Below are positions 8,901 to 18,960 of a stretch of DNA of 64,000 nt, one piece after another. A program made the position numbers and the translations under genes. Position 1 is the stretch's first letter, and each line of letters begins with the position of its first letter. This DNA comes from a virus. Under the pieces are notes generated by a model. It did not search any database and was not told the origin of the DNA. It saw only the letters and a list, made by a program, of their open reading frames with translations. The stretch is from the IMG/VR virus record IMGVR_UViG_3300024265_000043, positions 19,715 through 83,714 of that record. One strand, written 5' to 3'.

Positions 8901-10997
8901 GCTGGCTATTTCATATCCGATGAAACAGGGCATTTATATGAAATTGAATCAAATACTGCCGATACTGTAACTCTCGTTGAATTCCCGTCTATTTGGGAGG
9001 GTATTAATTGGGCGATTACATTTGACCCCTTGGATGCAGAGAATGGCGAACCGATTGATATTAGATACGATCAAATTTCAAATGCCAAGGTTGAAATACA
9101 AATTGTGGGTAAAAATGGAAGACTAATTGCCAATCTGAATGAAGATACGAGAGACACTATTGTTAATTGGGGCCCCAATAAGCGAATCCTATGGAATGGT
9201 GAAGTACAATTTGGAGCGAGAGAAGGACGGGTAGATTATCTCGTATCCAAATATACTCTATTTGAGTTTAGGGAAAAACTTCCTATCGCCATAAGATTTA
9301 TATCCAAGATTCAAAATCAATCCACAGGGGCTGAAGAAACCGTTTCTATTGTGTCTCATTCTGAGAATATTGACGGCACGACAATTTATACTGAGCCATT
9401 CATACATTCAACAACGAGAGAGGGAGAAGTAACGCTACATAATCCAAATGGAGCGGCCAAGATTATTCCCAGGATATTGGATGGCGGTTATTATATTGGT
9501 GCGCGAGCATCTGGAAATGTATCAGGATCAGATAATACTATAATTGATGCGGGAAGACTCATCGAGGTCATTGATCAAGGAGGTGGTCTTTATAGATTGA
9601 TGATTGAAGGAAGAGGATCTGGTGGGTTTAATCCATTTTCGCTGAATGAATTTAATGGCAAATGGGTGATGTCGGGCAAGAGCGGAGCAGTTTCCGAAAT
9701 TATTGATACCGGATTCGACGCTGATGATGGATGGATTGAAATTCAGATGCCAAATGCGGTTACTGCGGCAGATTATTTGAAGCATTCTGGATTTGAGGGC
9801 ACGTTCAATTTATGGAGAAACGGGGATCTATCAGATACGAGAGACGATGCAGAATATCCTTGGCTTAAAATTGTAGAGAATCAACATCAATCTATTGCAT
9901 TCAAACAATCTGACAATAGTGGCCTTGGGCTCAAATTGAAATTCACCTCTCCTGATTTTTGGGTTGAGAATATCAATGAAAATATGTTTCTCGATGGGAT
10001 TAGCATTGTTGCTTCTTCTGGGTCATTAGAAATAATGCTTCAAGCGAAATTCAAAACGATATGTGAAAACGAATTAACAATTAATTATGAGGGGAATATT
10101 TATACTATTCCTGCTGGCTCTGATATAAAACTTGCGCAAAATGGTGCTGGGGGGAATCAATCTGCGCTCGATCCAGATGATAATAATAGATATTCATCAG
10201 GCATCTTGGATTCTGGGTTCAAATCATTAAATATTTCTTTTCAGATATATTGGAGTAAATATTACCCAACAAAATTATGGATGTCTGCTGGGCAATCTCC
10301 AGATGCGCATAATCCCACAGAGGGAACATTTGTAATTGCCGATATAATAAATCTAAAACCCAGAGGGAGATCACAACGGTCAGTATTCATTCGTTGCCCT
10401 AAAATTGCACCAAAGGCAAAATCTTTTGTCATGGCACCATATATGGAGATTCATCAAATAGCCTCAGGAGACATTATAACTCAGGCTCAAATTGATGCGG
10501 GAAGAAGGCCCGTAAATAGAAATACGGCTGGAGAGATCGGCAATATTCTGACAGAAAATTTAGATTTCGAACTTGATTTACCTGCTTATAATGAATTTAC
10601 CGCAGCTAGAGATTTATTTGTAACTGTAAATCCTTCTTCTTTGCAGCAATCCGATGGCCCCAGTGAATCTTTATATTTTTGGAGATCACTTACCAATGGG
10701 AATACACCTGATAGAGTTGTTTGGGAATTTCTGATTAAACAAGTTATATTTGATAGAATTGGGCGCACGCCTTTGAATTTGCCCGATTTTGATATATTTG
10801 ATCAGGAGGATCAAGAGGAAGTGACATCAACAGATTTTACATTCACAGATTGGAATGCGATTGTTGCATTTTGGCACCCAGAATCTGGATTCACCACCAG
10901 ACTTATTCAAGGCGGGACGAATTGGGAATTCATTAAATTCAATGCCAGCAACCTAAATCTACAGAGATTATTGCCTATAAGCGAATGGATTAAATGA
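5988..10997 (+). CDS. Large tail-tip/hub protein with N-terminal PA14-like domain
   Basis: 1669 aa; PA14-like pattern FDWG...P....NDLWAMR..GFF.....GVYTF...S.....RM....LVAGTWYPIQIEF; hub-like middle region. Confidence 0.7.
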   Translation: MQPVNPSFETLVNNAQRFPIGRVSVYETTKSVPSLGFNAAYYAIGQETDMDVVDWWSGLPTTNPTGVLDEGTFLSGSSIIEESTIMAFDWGVAGVPPPISGRNDLWAMRQYGFFFARFSGVYTFHMDSSPHTQMRMVFDSSVAQFEDDDSVVVDRWAGSNYEKTRQELHWDSPSLVAGTWYPIQIEFHVPKQSDPQNVSTYLCMKYEEPDATTDLDLWGNSGGDIVPDYQSDVGIKKVLSAGVVNTTNSFLSPIVIPWASGFSGSRRQGQSTDFNFTVPIPATTNIEVQTAALDTEIEVDSVDGFPTEGALGIGTNPDSMDIVTYTGLDTANNKFTGVSGVGVNVVGALVNQLLGLDNNQYVAGYDALTGAFGPIKGFRLIQIEGGLYDGTSTDYYSDRIWGNLSQNPIIDRDNKSVSWIVRDSSWMLNRKYDKNYPNQASYSMAGYYEAFTSTNPEGVARPICYDRWTSGNAVRDIFMLAGVDPVLLFQRERIAISASPAFASDYGRYLVSGDLILDGNPRYGHPESIEQLSPDDRYMWQFGYGTTLFENIAEIVRVFAYNFGFTPNGFAKSQPIGLPDNELIISDAEVTSVDTAQTWLDKASTGALSAFKAKYIEPDGTPSVGMKVLLSAQFFNDLDLIVGRHSGASQVIKLKVDGVFQTSLIIDGQTVAGTGGGGDEFDITRSAGDWFFNDGVDTSGFNPSIIKIAAPVAYTSKAVELEVVSGVIRFNAFFLYSNSSRTTIRDIDETVMSTLRMEKDIENQRNEIAVIGALQGVARTVDGQIINTNNPIYIHVVSRSTDLGSIYDSSSKNYIGHIVSTEIYDERILDQERADYVSIFALREYREQLASGAAEIMFDPRLDILDSIGMTDVHSNVMDGRQVWLSSISEIYAIDAAGIPSYTTRINDATQREPLPSMRFKPEPDLSDWDGEPIVNINLFYRGYRAAGNDASQVAQVITIANSPGWVVNMWAGYFISDETGHLYEIESNTADTVTLVEFPSIWEGINWAITFDPLDAENGEPIDIRYDQISNAKVEIQIVGKNGRLIANLNEDTRDTIVNWGPNKRILWNGEVQFGAREGRVDYLVSKYTLFEFREKLPIAIRFISKIQNQSTGAEETVSIVSHSENIDGTTIYTEPFIHSTTREGEVTLHNPNGAAKIIPRILDGGYYIGARASGNVSGSDNTIIDAGRLIEVIDQGGGLYRLMIEGRGSGGFNPFSLNEFNGKWVMSGKSGAVSEIIDTGFDADDGWIEIQMPNAVTAADYLKHSGFEGTFNLWRNGDLSDTRDDAEYPWLKIVENQHQSIAFKQSDNSGLGLKLKFTSPDFWVENINENMFLDGISIVASSGSLEIMLQAKFKTICENELTINYEGNIYTIPAGSDIKLAQNGAGGNQSALDPDDNNRYSSGILDSGFKSLNISFQIYWSKYYPTKLWMSAGQSPDAHNPTEGTFVIADIINLKPRGRSQRSVFIRCPKIAPKAKSFVMAPYMEIHQIASGDIITQAQIDAGRRPVNRNTAGEIGNILTENLDFELDLPAYNEFTAARDLFVTVNPSSLQQSDGPSESLYFWRSLTNGNTPDRVVWEFLIKQVIFDRIGRTPLNLPDFDIFDQEDQEEVTSTDFTFTDWNAIVAFWHPESGFTTRLIQGGTNWEFIKFNASNLNLQRLLPISEWIK

Positions 10998-13261
10998 GAG
11001 AGACTTTTACTCAGCAAGTCGAAGATCGCATTGAGCGTGAACAGCGTCGAGGCAGAAATGTGCGCATTGGTAAGGGAAAGTCTGTACTATTTCAGGTTGG
11101 CACTGGGAAACGTCTTCTGGAAAATTTGAGACCAGCACAATTTGAATGGCGATGTGCTTTTCTTCAGGAAACCAAATTTGCACTGACGGGAGTGAATACT
11201 CAAGTTACTCCTTCGAGCATAATTGTGAACACCGTTGATAGTGGTGTGGCTGGCGTATTTGATATAGATGCCCGAACTTATACTGATGGTTCACAAACAT
11301 GGACAATCAATGAATGGGCCCAATTCTACTTAAAAGTTGATACAGAATATTATCAGATAGTATCAAACACAGTTGATGAATTAACCCTTGATATAAATAT
11401 TGGCGTTTCTATTGACGATGGCACATATGATATAGTCCCCTTCGTTCCAAATTCATTAGTGGGGACTTTAATCCAACCAGATGAGAATGATGATCAGATT
11501 TATGTTGTTCAATCAAATACAGAGACGCAGATATTCATAGAATTTGATCGGGGCGCTGCATTTAGAACTATTGCATCAGGCACCGTAACAACTGGTGACG
11601 CAGGGGCTCCATTTGATACTTTTGACGATCTTGCATTTGGGAGCAATTCTGACGATCAATGGAACGATTATACTATATATTTCTATTCAGGAAACAATCA
11701 GGGCGAGTCTCGTCTAATATCTGATTTCCAAACATCAACTGGCAGATTTATTTTAAGTACTGGATTCACAAATGCGATTCAGATTGGCGATACCTTTAGA
11801 ATAAACAGATCACTTTTATGGGTTGGAACAGGAGCGACTTTTAGAATAGAGACTGGTTATACTCCATCAAATTTAGATTTCGAGAATTCATCAACGCCTC
11901 CAGTTTTGAGAATATTAGGGTCATCAAAAGAGGGAGCGATTGACGATCAACAAATGCCTACTCCATATCTCGGCATGTATTCTGCTGAAGTATATGTTGC
12001 AGGGCGAAAATCATTCAAATTAGATATTGATTATGTTGGCGCTCTAAGCATTTACACTGTTAATACGTCTACGAATGAAAGATTGCTGGTGTTTTCATCT
12101 CCTGTTAGGGCGAGAGGGAGTGATTCCATTGTATTTTCATTGCCTGGCAGAGTTTATACAAGAATTGAAATTTACAATTATGTACCAGAGACTCTATATG
12201 GTACCTTAAAAGTATCTGGCATTGCACAATTCCTGAATTCATGGAGAGATTTAACATCAAGTGCGCCGATATGGGTAAGCCTAACTGGTGCAGATTCAAG
12301 TGATGTTGACGATCCTGATACCATGCTATCCGATTCGATTGAATTGGAATGGATCAATAATGTCTTTTTGAGGGAAAACGGCAAGACAGAAATATATATA
12401 TCAGATACCGAAGGTGGGACATTCACTTTGAACGCAACGGTTTTAGCCTCAGAGACTAGGAGAGTTGTGCCGTTGGCTCCAGGCACTACAAAATGGTTCA
12501 AATTGCAACACGTTTCTGCTTCTGGTGTTATTGGCGGGATAACTGATGCACGGAAAGGGGTGACTTCTAATCCAGGTCTTGGCAATGTTGATGTTGATAT
12601 CCAATGGTCAGATAATGGTGGTTCTCAGGTATTCAGAAATGAAAATGGATGGTATAATGATGCCATATTGAGAGCAAAAGTGATAGTCTCTTCTGATTTG
12701 ACTATTTCGGATATAAGATATCAGGAGACTGGTCAATCGGAACAATCTATTGGAAGTTCGTCTCCTGCGTTAGCTCCGGCAATTGTAACTGAAGCAATTA
12801 GTACAATCAGAGTGAAGATCATTTTCACAAATGGCATGTCTACTTCATGGCTAATCTTTAATTTCCAATACGATAAGACTGCTCCAAGCGTCCCTGTATT
12901 TGTAGTTGATAGCGGCAAAGCGCAGAATTATGAAATCACTGTTCCAATTGACAGTGGCGGCGTTGATGCATTATCGGGCTTATCGCATTGGGAGTGGTTC
13001 TTTAATGCTGATGGAACAGATCCAATAAGTAGCGATCCTCCTCTAAGGGTAACAGCATCGGGAGCATTTAGGCTTGGGCTTGCAGATTATGAATTGACTT
13101 CAAATGAATTTTATCTATGGGCAAGATCAGTTGATGTTGCGGGCAATAAATCAATTTGGGTACAATATAATGGTGCCTCAGGATTTTTAGATTTGAATCA
13201 GTCTGAAGTTAAGGGTAGCTTTGAGATCAGAGATATACATGAATTCGCACAACCAATATAG
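10994..13261 (+). CDS. Tail-tip protein with Fn3/Ig-like domains
   Basis: 755 aa beta-rich; DKTAP...SGLSHW...YLWARSVDVAGN is Fn3/Ig-like. Confidence 0.65.
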   Translation: MRETFTQQVEDRIEREQRRGRNVRIGKGKSVLFQVGTGKRLLENLRPAQFEWRCAFLQETKFALTGVNTQVTPSSIIVNTVDSGVAGVFDIDARTYTDGSQTWTINEWAQFYLKVDTEYYQIVSNTVDELTLDINIGVSIDDGTYDIVPFVPNSLVGTLIQPDENDDQIYVVQSNTETQIFIEFDRGAAFRTIASGTVTTGDAGAPFDTFDDLAFGSNSDDQWNDYTIYFYSGNNQGESRLISDFQTSTGRFILSTGFTNAIQIGDTFRINRSLLWVGTGATFRIETGYTPSNLDFENSSTPPVLRILGSSKEGAIDDQQMPTPYLGMYSAEVYVAGRKSFKLDIDYVGALSIYTVNTSTNERLLVFSSPVRARGSDSIVFSLPGRVYTRIEIYNYVPETLYGTLKVSGIAQFLNSWRDLTSSAPIWVSLTGADSSDVDDPDTMLSDSIELEWINNVFLRENGKTEIYISDTEGGTFTLNATVLASETRRVVPLAPGTTKWFKLQHVSASGVIGGITDARKGVTSNPGLGNVDVDIQWSDNGGSQVFRNENGWYNDAILRAKVIVSSDLTISDIRYQETGQSEQSIGSSSPALAPAIVTEAISTIRVKIIFTNGMSTSWLIFNFQYDKTAPSVPVFVVDSGKAQNYEITVPIDSGGVDALSGLSHWEWFFNADGTDPISSDPPLRVTASGAFRLGLADYELTSNEFYLWARSVDVAGNKSIWVQYNGASGFLDLNQSEVKGSFEIRDIHEFAQPI

Positions 13262-13269
13262 GAAATGAT

Positions 13270-15669
13270 GTGGCAAGAGCAGTAATTATAAATGTATCAG
13301 GTATAGATTCCGAAAACGGCGTTGCTGATGAAACACTCGTGGCTGGTCCTTGGGATCCTGCAACTATAGGCATTGCGGGTGGCGTGAATCTTGATTTCTT
13401 TCCTGCAATCTATAGTGAGGATTTTACGCCAGGTGGATCAACTGGCTTTTTCTTAGGTCATTGGGCCGATGGCTTTGGGGGTCAATTCTCTGCCATTAAA
13501 GTGAATATAGGCTTTATCGGAGATTATGTTATACAATCCCCTTATTTGTATAGTTTGTCTTCTGGTACGCCGACAGTATCTCCCAATGATGGTATTGTTT
13601 TGAGCGCGGTTACGGACCAAGCAGGCTTGACTGTTTATGAAGATGCTAATAAACGGATTGAGATTGGCTATTTGTCTGCTGGTGTATTCGGAATAAAGGC
13701 AAATAATACTTCAGGGAATCTTCTATTTGAAATTTCTGACACTCGACAAGTGATTGGCAGAATAGAGATTGATGATGAGTCATTATTTAGCACTGGGTTT
13801 GTTTCTGGGCAACAAGGGTTCAAAATATTTGATGACGGTAGTGCTGAATTTGAAAATATAACAGCTCGGGGCGAATTTAGATCTTCCATTATAGTCCAAG
13901 ATGAAATACATGCTTTGGGCGGTCAATTCATGGCAAATACTGCCGGATTATTGCTCAATGATATGATAACAGTAAGTTCCCCAACGCAATTTTCTATGCG
14001 GATTAAAGACCCTCCATCGGGGCATGCTCAATTATTTGCTGTAAATGATCTTGTAAGAGTAAAGGATGGCTCAGGCAAGGATAATTTCATTAGGGTTGAT
14101 TCTGTATCAGACTCAGGGGATCATTATTTATATACTTGCACTCTACAAAATGGCACAGCGGGTACATTCTATATTGGTACTGCCATAGTTTATTGGGGCA
14201 ACACAACTGTAGGCAATCTCCTTAATATCGTTGGAGTGGGTGCAGATGCGCCGTATATGGATATTTTCAGCCATACGGGGAGTCCTTGGTCAAGTACAAG
14301 CACAAATCTACGTATAGGCAACCTTGATGGGGTTACAGATGCAGATTTCACGAATCTTGGCGGATATGGTCTATATGCTGATAATATCTTCTTAAAAGGC
14401 TCATATCAAAGCAGTGCGGGGAGCGGTCAACGGATTACGCTCAATGAAGATGAAGGCAGTGGTGCTAATAATGCGATGATTTTTTATGAGGCTGGAGGAA
14501 CAGAAACAGTAAGAATAGATGATACAATTCACGGATCCGCTGCTGGAATAAGAATAACAGTCGTTCCGGGGATAACCACAGAAATTACTGGCGCTCAAAT
14601 AGAAATAGTATCTAGTATAGGGGCCGCTACTCCTGCTATTCTTGCTACCTTAACTTCTCCTTCTAGTGTAGTTGATACTGGTGTTGTTAGAGGAGATTAT
14701 GATAGTTCAGAGGCTGATGCTTTTGGATTACTAAGAGCAGGTATCTGGGGAAGATCTGTAATATCTCATGTAAGCGCTACTTCAGATGCAGTCGGTATTT
14801 ATGGAACAGCCACAAACTCTGGCTCAGGCGCTGCCTATGCTGGCTACTTCGCCGCTGGTGATGTCTATATTGCAGATAATTTGGGGGTGGGGACGGATTC
14901 GCCACAGTTCTTTCTTGATATAGGTGATTCTGTTAGTCAACCTGGGATACGAACTCTTGGGTTCACTTATAATGGCATTCGTATGGATACTGATAGTGCT
15001 AACGCGGCTGCTAGAAATTATTTTGCAGGGGCGAATTTTACAGTTTTTGGAGATTATGGAATTGTTCAAAGCAATGCTAAAGATGGAGACCCAGTTGCAG
15101 CAGGAACAACACGATTTTATATTGATTCAGCAGGCAACGTCGGCATCGGGACGAGTTCGCCAAGCGAATTATTAGAGGTAGAAAAAGATCATACTCTACC
15201 GACAGGTATACGTGTTGACAATCCTGATACTGGGGCGGGAGTAAATTCGCTCTCAAAATTTGCAGCCGCTTCAAGCACGGCACTTATTGAAATAATCTCC
15301 CACGGTGGTAGTAGAGTAGTAACAAGGTATGGCGTTACTGTCGCTGACTACGCAGAAGTAGTAGCTACTGCCGGTGATGGCTTATTAATTGGCACTTTTA
15401 CAAATGCTACGCCTATCATATTTGGAACAAATAATGCAGAAAGAATGAGAATTGATTCCTCTGGCAGTGTCGGCATCGGTGGTATCCCAGCCACATCAGC
15501 ACTTCTTGATCTCCAAAGCACCACGGGCGCATTACTCGTACCAAGGATGACCACTACACAAAGAAACGCATTAACGCCAGTTGACGGAATGGTGATTTAT
15601 AATATCACCACAAACGCATTTAATTTTCACGAAAATACCCTATGGCGAACTGGCTCTGGATTAGTATAG
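13270..15669 (+). CDS. Tail fibre / receptor-binding protein
   Basis: 799 aa Gly-rich; GF.I..DGSAEFENITARG motif; repeated GNVGIGT.SP motifs; C-terminal LLVPRMTTTQRNAL module. Confidence 0.8.
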   Translation: MARAVIINVSGIDSENGVADETLVAGPWDPATIGIAGGVNLDFFPAIYSEDFTPGGSTGFFLGHWADGFGGQFSAIKVNIGFIGDYVIQSPYLYSLSSGTPTVSPNDGIVLSAVTDQAGLTVYEDANKRIEIGYLSAGVFGIKANNTSGNLLFEISDTRQVIGRIEIDDESLFSTGFVSGQQGFKIFDDGSAEFENITARGEFRSSIIVQDEIHALGGQFMANTAGLLLNDMITVSSPTQFSMRIKDPPSGHAQLFAVNDLVRVKDGSGKDNFIRVDSVSDSGDHYLYTCTLQNGTAGTFYIGTAIVYWGNTTVGNLLNIVGVGADAPYMDIFSHTGSPWSSTSTNLRIGNLDGVTDADFTNLGGYGLYADNIFLKGSYQSSAGSGQRITLNEDEGSGANNAMIFYEAGGTETVRIDDTIHGSAAGIRITVVPGITTEITGAQIEIVSSIGAATPAILATLTSPSSVVDTGVVRGDYDSSEADAFGLLRAGIWGRSVISHVSATSDAVGIYGTATNSGSGAAYAGYFAAGDVYIADNLGVGTDSPQFFLDIGDSVSQPGIRTLGFTYNGIRMDTDSANAAARNYFAGANFTVFGDYGIVQSNAKDGDPVAAGTTRFYIDSAGNVGIGTSSPSELLEVEKDHTLPTGIRVDNPDTGAGVNSLSKFAAASSTALIEIISHGGSRVVTRYGVTVADYAEVVATAGDGLLIGTFTNATPIIFGTNNAERMRIDSSGSVGIGGIPATSALLDLQSTTGALLVPRMTTTQRNALTPVDGMVIYNITTNAFNFHENTLWRTGSGLV

Positions 15670-15675
15670 CCGAGA

Positions 15676-16260
15676 TTACTTCTTCCCAATAAGTTTCTCG
15701 CATTGTGTTTTTGCTACGAGAATCTTATCATAAAACTCAATTATCCATGTTGCAGTTTCTTGGATTTGTTCCTCGATATAGCGCTCCATAACGATGAATA
15801 ACTCAAGCATATCATCCCATTTCGGCTGAATAAGCCCCGCGTGTTGATGGAATTCAATCTTGATTTTCTTCTGTCCCTTAGAAGTCAATTCCTCTATGTG
15901 ATTAATTAATCTGTTATGGATTCTCATGGTTGGTAAATCTTTTCCAGCAGTTCTGGGCCCTGATGCGCCACCCATTTGCTGGAATATCTCAACCTTTCCG
16001 TCAGCATCTCTCTCAAATGCTTTCGCTTGGAGAGCCCTTGTAACCATATCCATTTCATCAAAGGTTGGTTTTTCAATCTTCTCTGTCATCATAGATTTAA
16101 AAGCATTGACTGCATTATCCATGTCAACTTCTGACATTTTTGAACTCACATCAACATCCATGAACATTCTAGTCATGCCATGCCCTACAGGTTTAATATC
16201 CCTGATTTCAAGTTCCAGATATACTATATCTTGCTCTTCGTTGTTCTTTTTATCAGCCAT
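15676..16260 (-). CDS. Hypothetical protein; C-terminal half loosely resembles 49948-50292
   Basis: 194 aa ORF closing the leftward operon. Confidence 0.55.
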   Translation of the reverse strand: MADKKNNEEQDIVYLELEIRDIKPVGHGMTRMFMDVDVSSKMSEVDMDNAVNAFKSMMTEKIEKPTFDEMDMVTRALQAKAFERDADGKVEIFQQMGGASGPRTAGKDLPTMRIHNRLINHIEELTSKGQKKIKIEFHQHAGLIQPKWDDMLELFIVMERYIEEQIQETATWIIEFYDKILVAKTQCEKLIGKK

Positions 16261-16264
16261 TATT

Positions 16265-16675
16265 TTATCCTTGTGTTAAGTTGATCTCTGTTATTTTGTG
16301 AGCCTTATCACTCAATGGGATTGTCTCACCATCTTTGAATCTTTTCCATGCAGATATTGTGAATATCCAGGCAACACTAATATTAACATATCCCATAGCA
16401 TCCATGCTCTCATTTACAAGCGGAAATGAAAATTCATGTTTTTTGAATATCTTATTCAATCCCTGCCTTCGACCCGAATGTGAATCCCCAACGATATAAA
16501 CCGTGACAGTTTCCGGTTCTATATCATCTTTCATTTCCACTCTATTTCCGCACTTTATGCACGAGAACATTTGCCCTTTAAGTTCATTCGTTTCAATTTC
16601 ATTTCCAACTAATATCAAAGTCATAATTGGAATTACCATGAAATTGGTTTCACCGCATTGTGGACATTCTACCAT
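16265..16675 (-). CDS. Zinc-ribbon protein
   Basis: CPQC...CIKC; AGGAG RBS. Confidence 0.6.
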   Translation of the reverse strand: MVECPQCGETNFMVIPIMTLILVGNEIETNELKGQMFSCIKCGNRVEMKDDIEPETVTVYIVGDSHSGRRQGLNKIFKKHEFSFPLVNESMDAMGYVNISVAWIFTISAWKRFKDGETIPLSDKAHKITEINLTQG

Positions 16676-16684
16676 AATTTCTCC

Positions 16685-18058
16685 TTAAAATGGGTTGTCA
16701 TCACCGAAATTAGCATCCACTTGTTGCGCCTCTCTGCTGAATCCTCGACCAACAAATTGCATCTTGTCCTTAAGGAATGTCATATTGATTGATCCGGTGG
16801 GGCCATTCCTCTGTTTTGCAATTATAATCTCGGCAAGCCCTGCGGTACTCTCACCAGTAATTTCATCAAGTTTGAAACCATAATATTCGGGGCGATATAG
16901 AAATACGACCGTATCGGCGTCTTGTTCAATTGAACTTGATTCTTTTAGATGCGAAAGAAGTGGTCGTTTTTTGGGAGCCTCTTCAACCTTTCTCGACAAC
17001 TGAGCTAATATAATGACCCCAATATCTAATTCTTTTGCCAATTGCTTTAGCCCATTAGAATATGCGCCAATTTCAATATCTCGCCTTTCCGCCTTGACGC
17101 CAGTCATCAATTGAATATAATCAACAAAAAGAAAATCCAAATTGTATTTTGCTTTTAATCTCCTAGCTCTGCTACATATACTCCTAAGAGTTTGCCCGCC
17201 GCTATCATCAATATGAATTGGAAGCCCCTTAAAATCAATCGCTCTCTGTCTGAAGGACTCTATTGCTTTTTTGGTGATAAGCCCCTCGCGATGATTAGTT
17301 TCGTCATCAGGCTTGGCATGAAGAAGATATCTAGTTCCAACTTCTTTATCGCCGCTCTCAAGCGAATTGAACGCGCATACATGATCTTTTTTCGCTAGAT
17401 GTTCCATTAGGTCCATTGCCCAAGCCGTTTTGCCCATAGAAGGTCTACCAGCCAGAATCAATGATTCTTGCTTGTGAACCCCACCAGTCATGCCATCAAA
17501 ATCGGACCACCCAGTTGCAGTGCCCGGTATGACCTTATGCTTGTAAATCATCTCCATTACTTCAAGTGCTTTATCAATACCAACGTCCATGCTTTTGAAG
17601 CCGGATACATCCCCTTGGTCGGCGAGCAGGATTAGGGATTCTTGGGCTTCCTCAGCAGTGATTTCTTTACTGTATAGTTTCTCCTCAGCTTCACGACACG
17701 CAAATATCGTCTGCCTTGATTTATAGCATTCAAGAACTATATCTCTATAATATACAATATTTGCGGATGAAGGGCTTACCTCAAGAAGTTTCGTGACATA
17801 AAATGCATCATCAGGATTTTTGAGCAATCCATCTCTCTGCATTCTATCAGTTAGAGTAACAATATCAATGGGCATATTATCATCAACCATGCCCATCATG
17901 GACCGATAGATCACATCATTATAACCGCTATAGAAGTTGTAATGATGCAGCTCTCCTGATACCTCATAAACAGAATTACCATCAATGAGAATGGCACCAA
18001 GGATAGATTTTTCGGCCTCAATGTCGTGGGGCAGAATCCTTATTTCTTCCTGCGCCAT
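16685..18058 (-). CDS. dnaB: Replicative DNA helicase
   Basis: PHDIEAEKSILG N-terminus, Walker A GRPSMGKT, VDYIQLM, AQLSR, SSSIEQDAD, IIAKQRNGPTG. Confidence 0.95.
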   Translation of the reverse strand: MAQEEIRILPHDIEAEKSILGAILIDGNSVYEVSGELHHYNFYSGYNDVIYRSMMGMVDDNMPIDIVTLTDRMQRDGLLKNPDDAFYVTKLLEVSPSSANIVYYRDIVLECYKSRQTIFACREAEEKLYSKEITAEEAQESLILLADQGDVSGFKSMDVGIDKALEVMEMIYKHKVIPGTATGWSDFDGMTGGVHKQESLILAGRPSMGKTAWAMDLMEHLAKKDHVCAFNSLESGDKEVGTRYLLHAKPDDETNHREGLITKKAIESFRQRAIDFKGLPIHIDDSGGQTLRSICSRARRLKAKYNLDFLFVDYIQLMTGVKAERRDIEIGAYSNGLKQLAKELDIGVIILAQLSRKVEEAPKKRPLLSHLKESSSIEQDADTVVFLYRPEYYGFKLDEITGESTAGLAEIIIAKQRNGPTGSINMTFLKDKMQFVGRGFSREAQQVDANFGDDNPF

Positions 18059-18867
18059 TGCATCTCCCCATTTTCGCCCTTGCCAGCAGGCATGAAATCA
18101 TCGGTGCTCAGTCCTTCTCTACCCACCGTAGCAATCATCTGTGATGGCGACAGTAATCCTTTTTCTTCGGTTATTCCCATAACATCCATTGCTGACACCG
18201 CTTTAATTTTCCCCTTATTCTTATTTAGCAAAGTCCCTAGCTCGGCACCCATTCTTCTCCAGAAACTATCTGTTGGCATCCACGCTAGTAATGCCTTGAT
18301 CTGATCCATTCCCCAGCCCATTTCATTATGAAGACGATCTAATACTGATGCCCCATTCAAATTTAAGTTATCTCTATTATTTCGCCTAAATGCTGGGTCG
18401 AATGGCCGCGTTTTTTCGGTCATGGTATGATATGCGGTAGCCATCTCAAGGAATATCTTATCAGGTGCTTTCATAGGATAGTTTGCTGGAATGATATCCT
18501 CCGGGCTCGTAAGATTGGTTGCCCATCCAATATTCTTTATTATCTCATCTAGCATTGAAGATACGGTTTTCACCTTAAATAGTGTTTTCCTCGAAATGTA
18601 TTCAGCATCATATCTAACGCCAGCCTTGGTACCATCGACAGTTAGATAACCATCACGATTATCACAAGGCTGCTTTGAGAGCAATAATATCAGAGCGTGA
18701 AACGCCCCGTAGAGTGCTTCACCATTTTTGCACCCCATAAGATACGCATATCCTGATCCACCTTGTTTATTTGGTACAATACAAGTAGATCGCTGCCTTT
18801 TATCTATAGATTTGGAATCCTCGAATATAGGTTTCCAGTTATTTATCTGTATTAATGGCGCGATCAT
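18040..18867 (-). CDS. Putative phage replication initiator
   Basis: Directly upstream of dnaB; wHTH-like N-terminus typical of initiator-helicase modules. Confidence 0.55.
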   Translation of the reverse strand: MIAPLIQINNWKPIFEDSKSIDKRQRSTCIVPNKQGGSGYAYLMGCKNGEALYGAFHALILLLSKQPCDNRDGYLTVDGTKAGVRYDAEYISRKTLFKVKTVSSMLDEIIKNIGWATNLTSPEDIIPANYPMKAPDKIFLEMATAYHTMTEKTRPFDPAFRRNNRDNLNLNGASVLDRLHNEMGWGMDQIKALLAWMPTDSFWRRMGAELGTLLNKNKGKIKAVSAMDVMGITEEKGLLSPSQMIATVGREGLSTDDFMPAGKGENGEMQWRRKK

Positions 18868-18960
18868 TTACAGAGCCACTGCAAAATTGAAGACATATCC
18901 CATCCAAGATAGCTTGAGCAAATTAGGAGAAATGGGGCGCTCAACACGCCCCTACAATAT

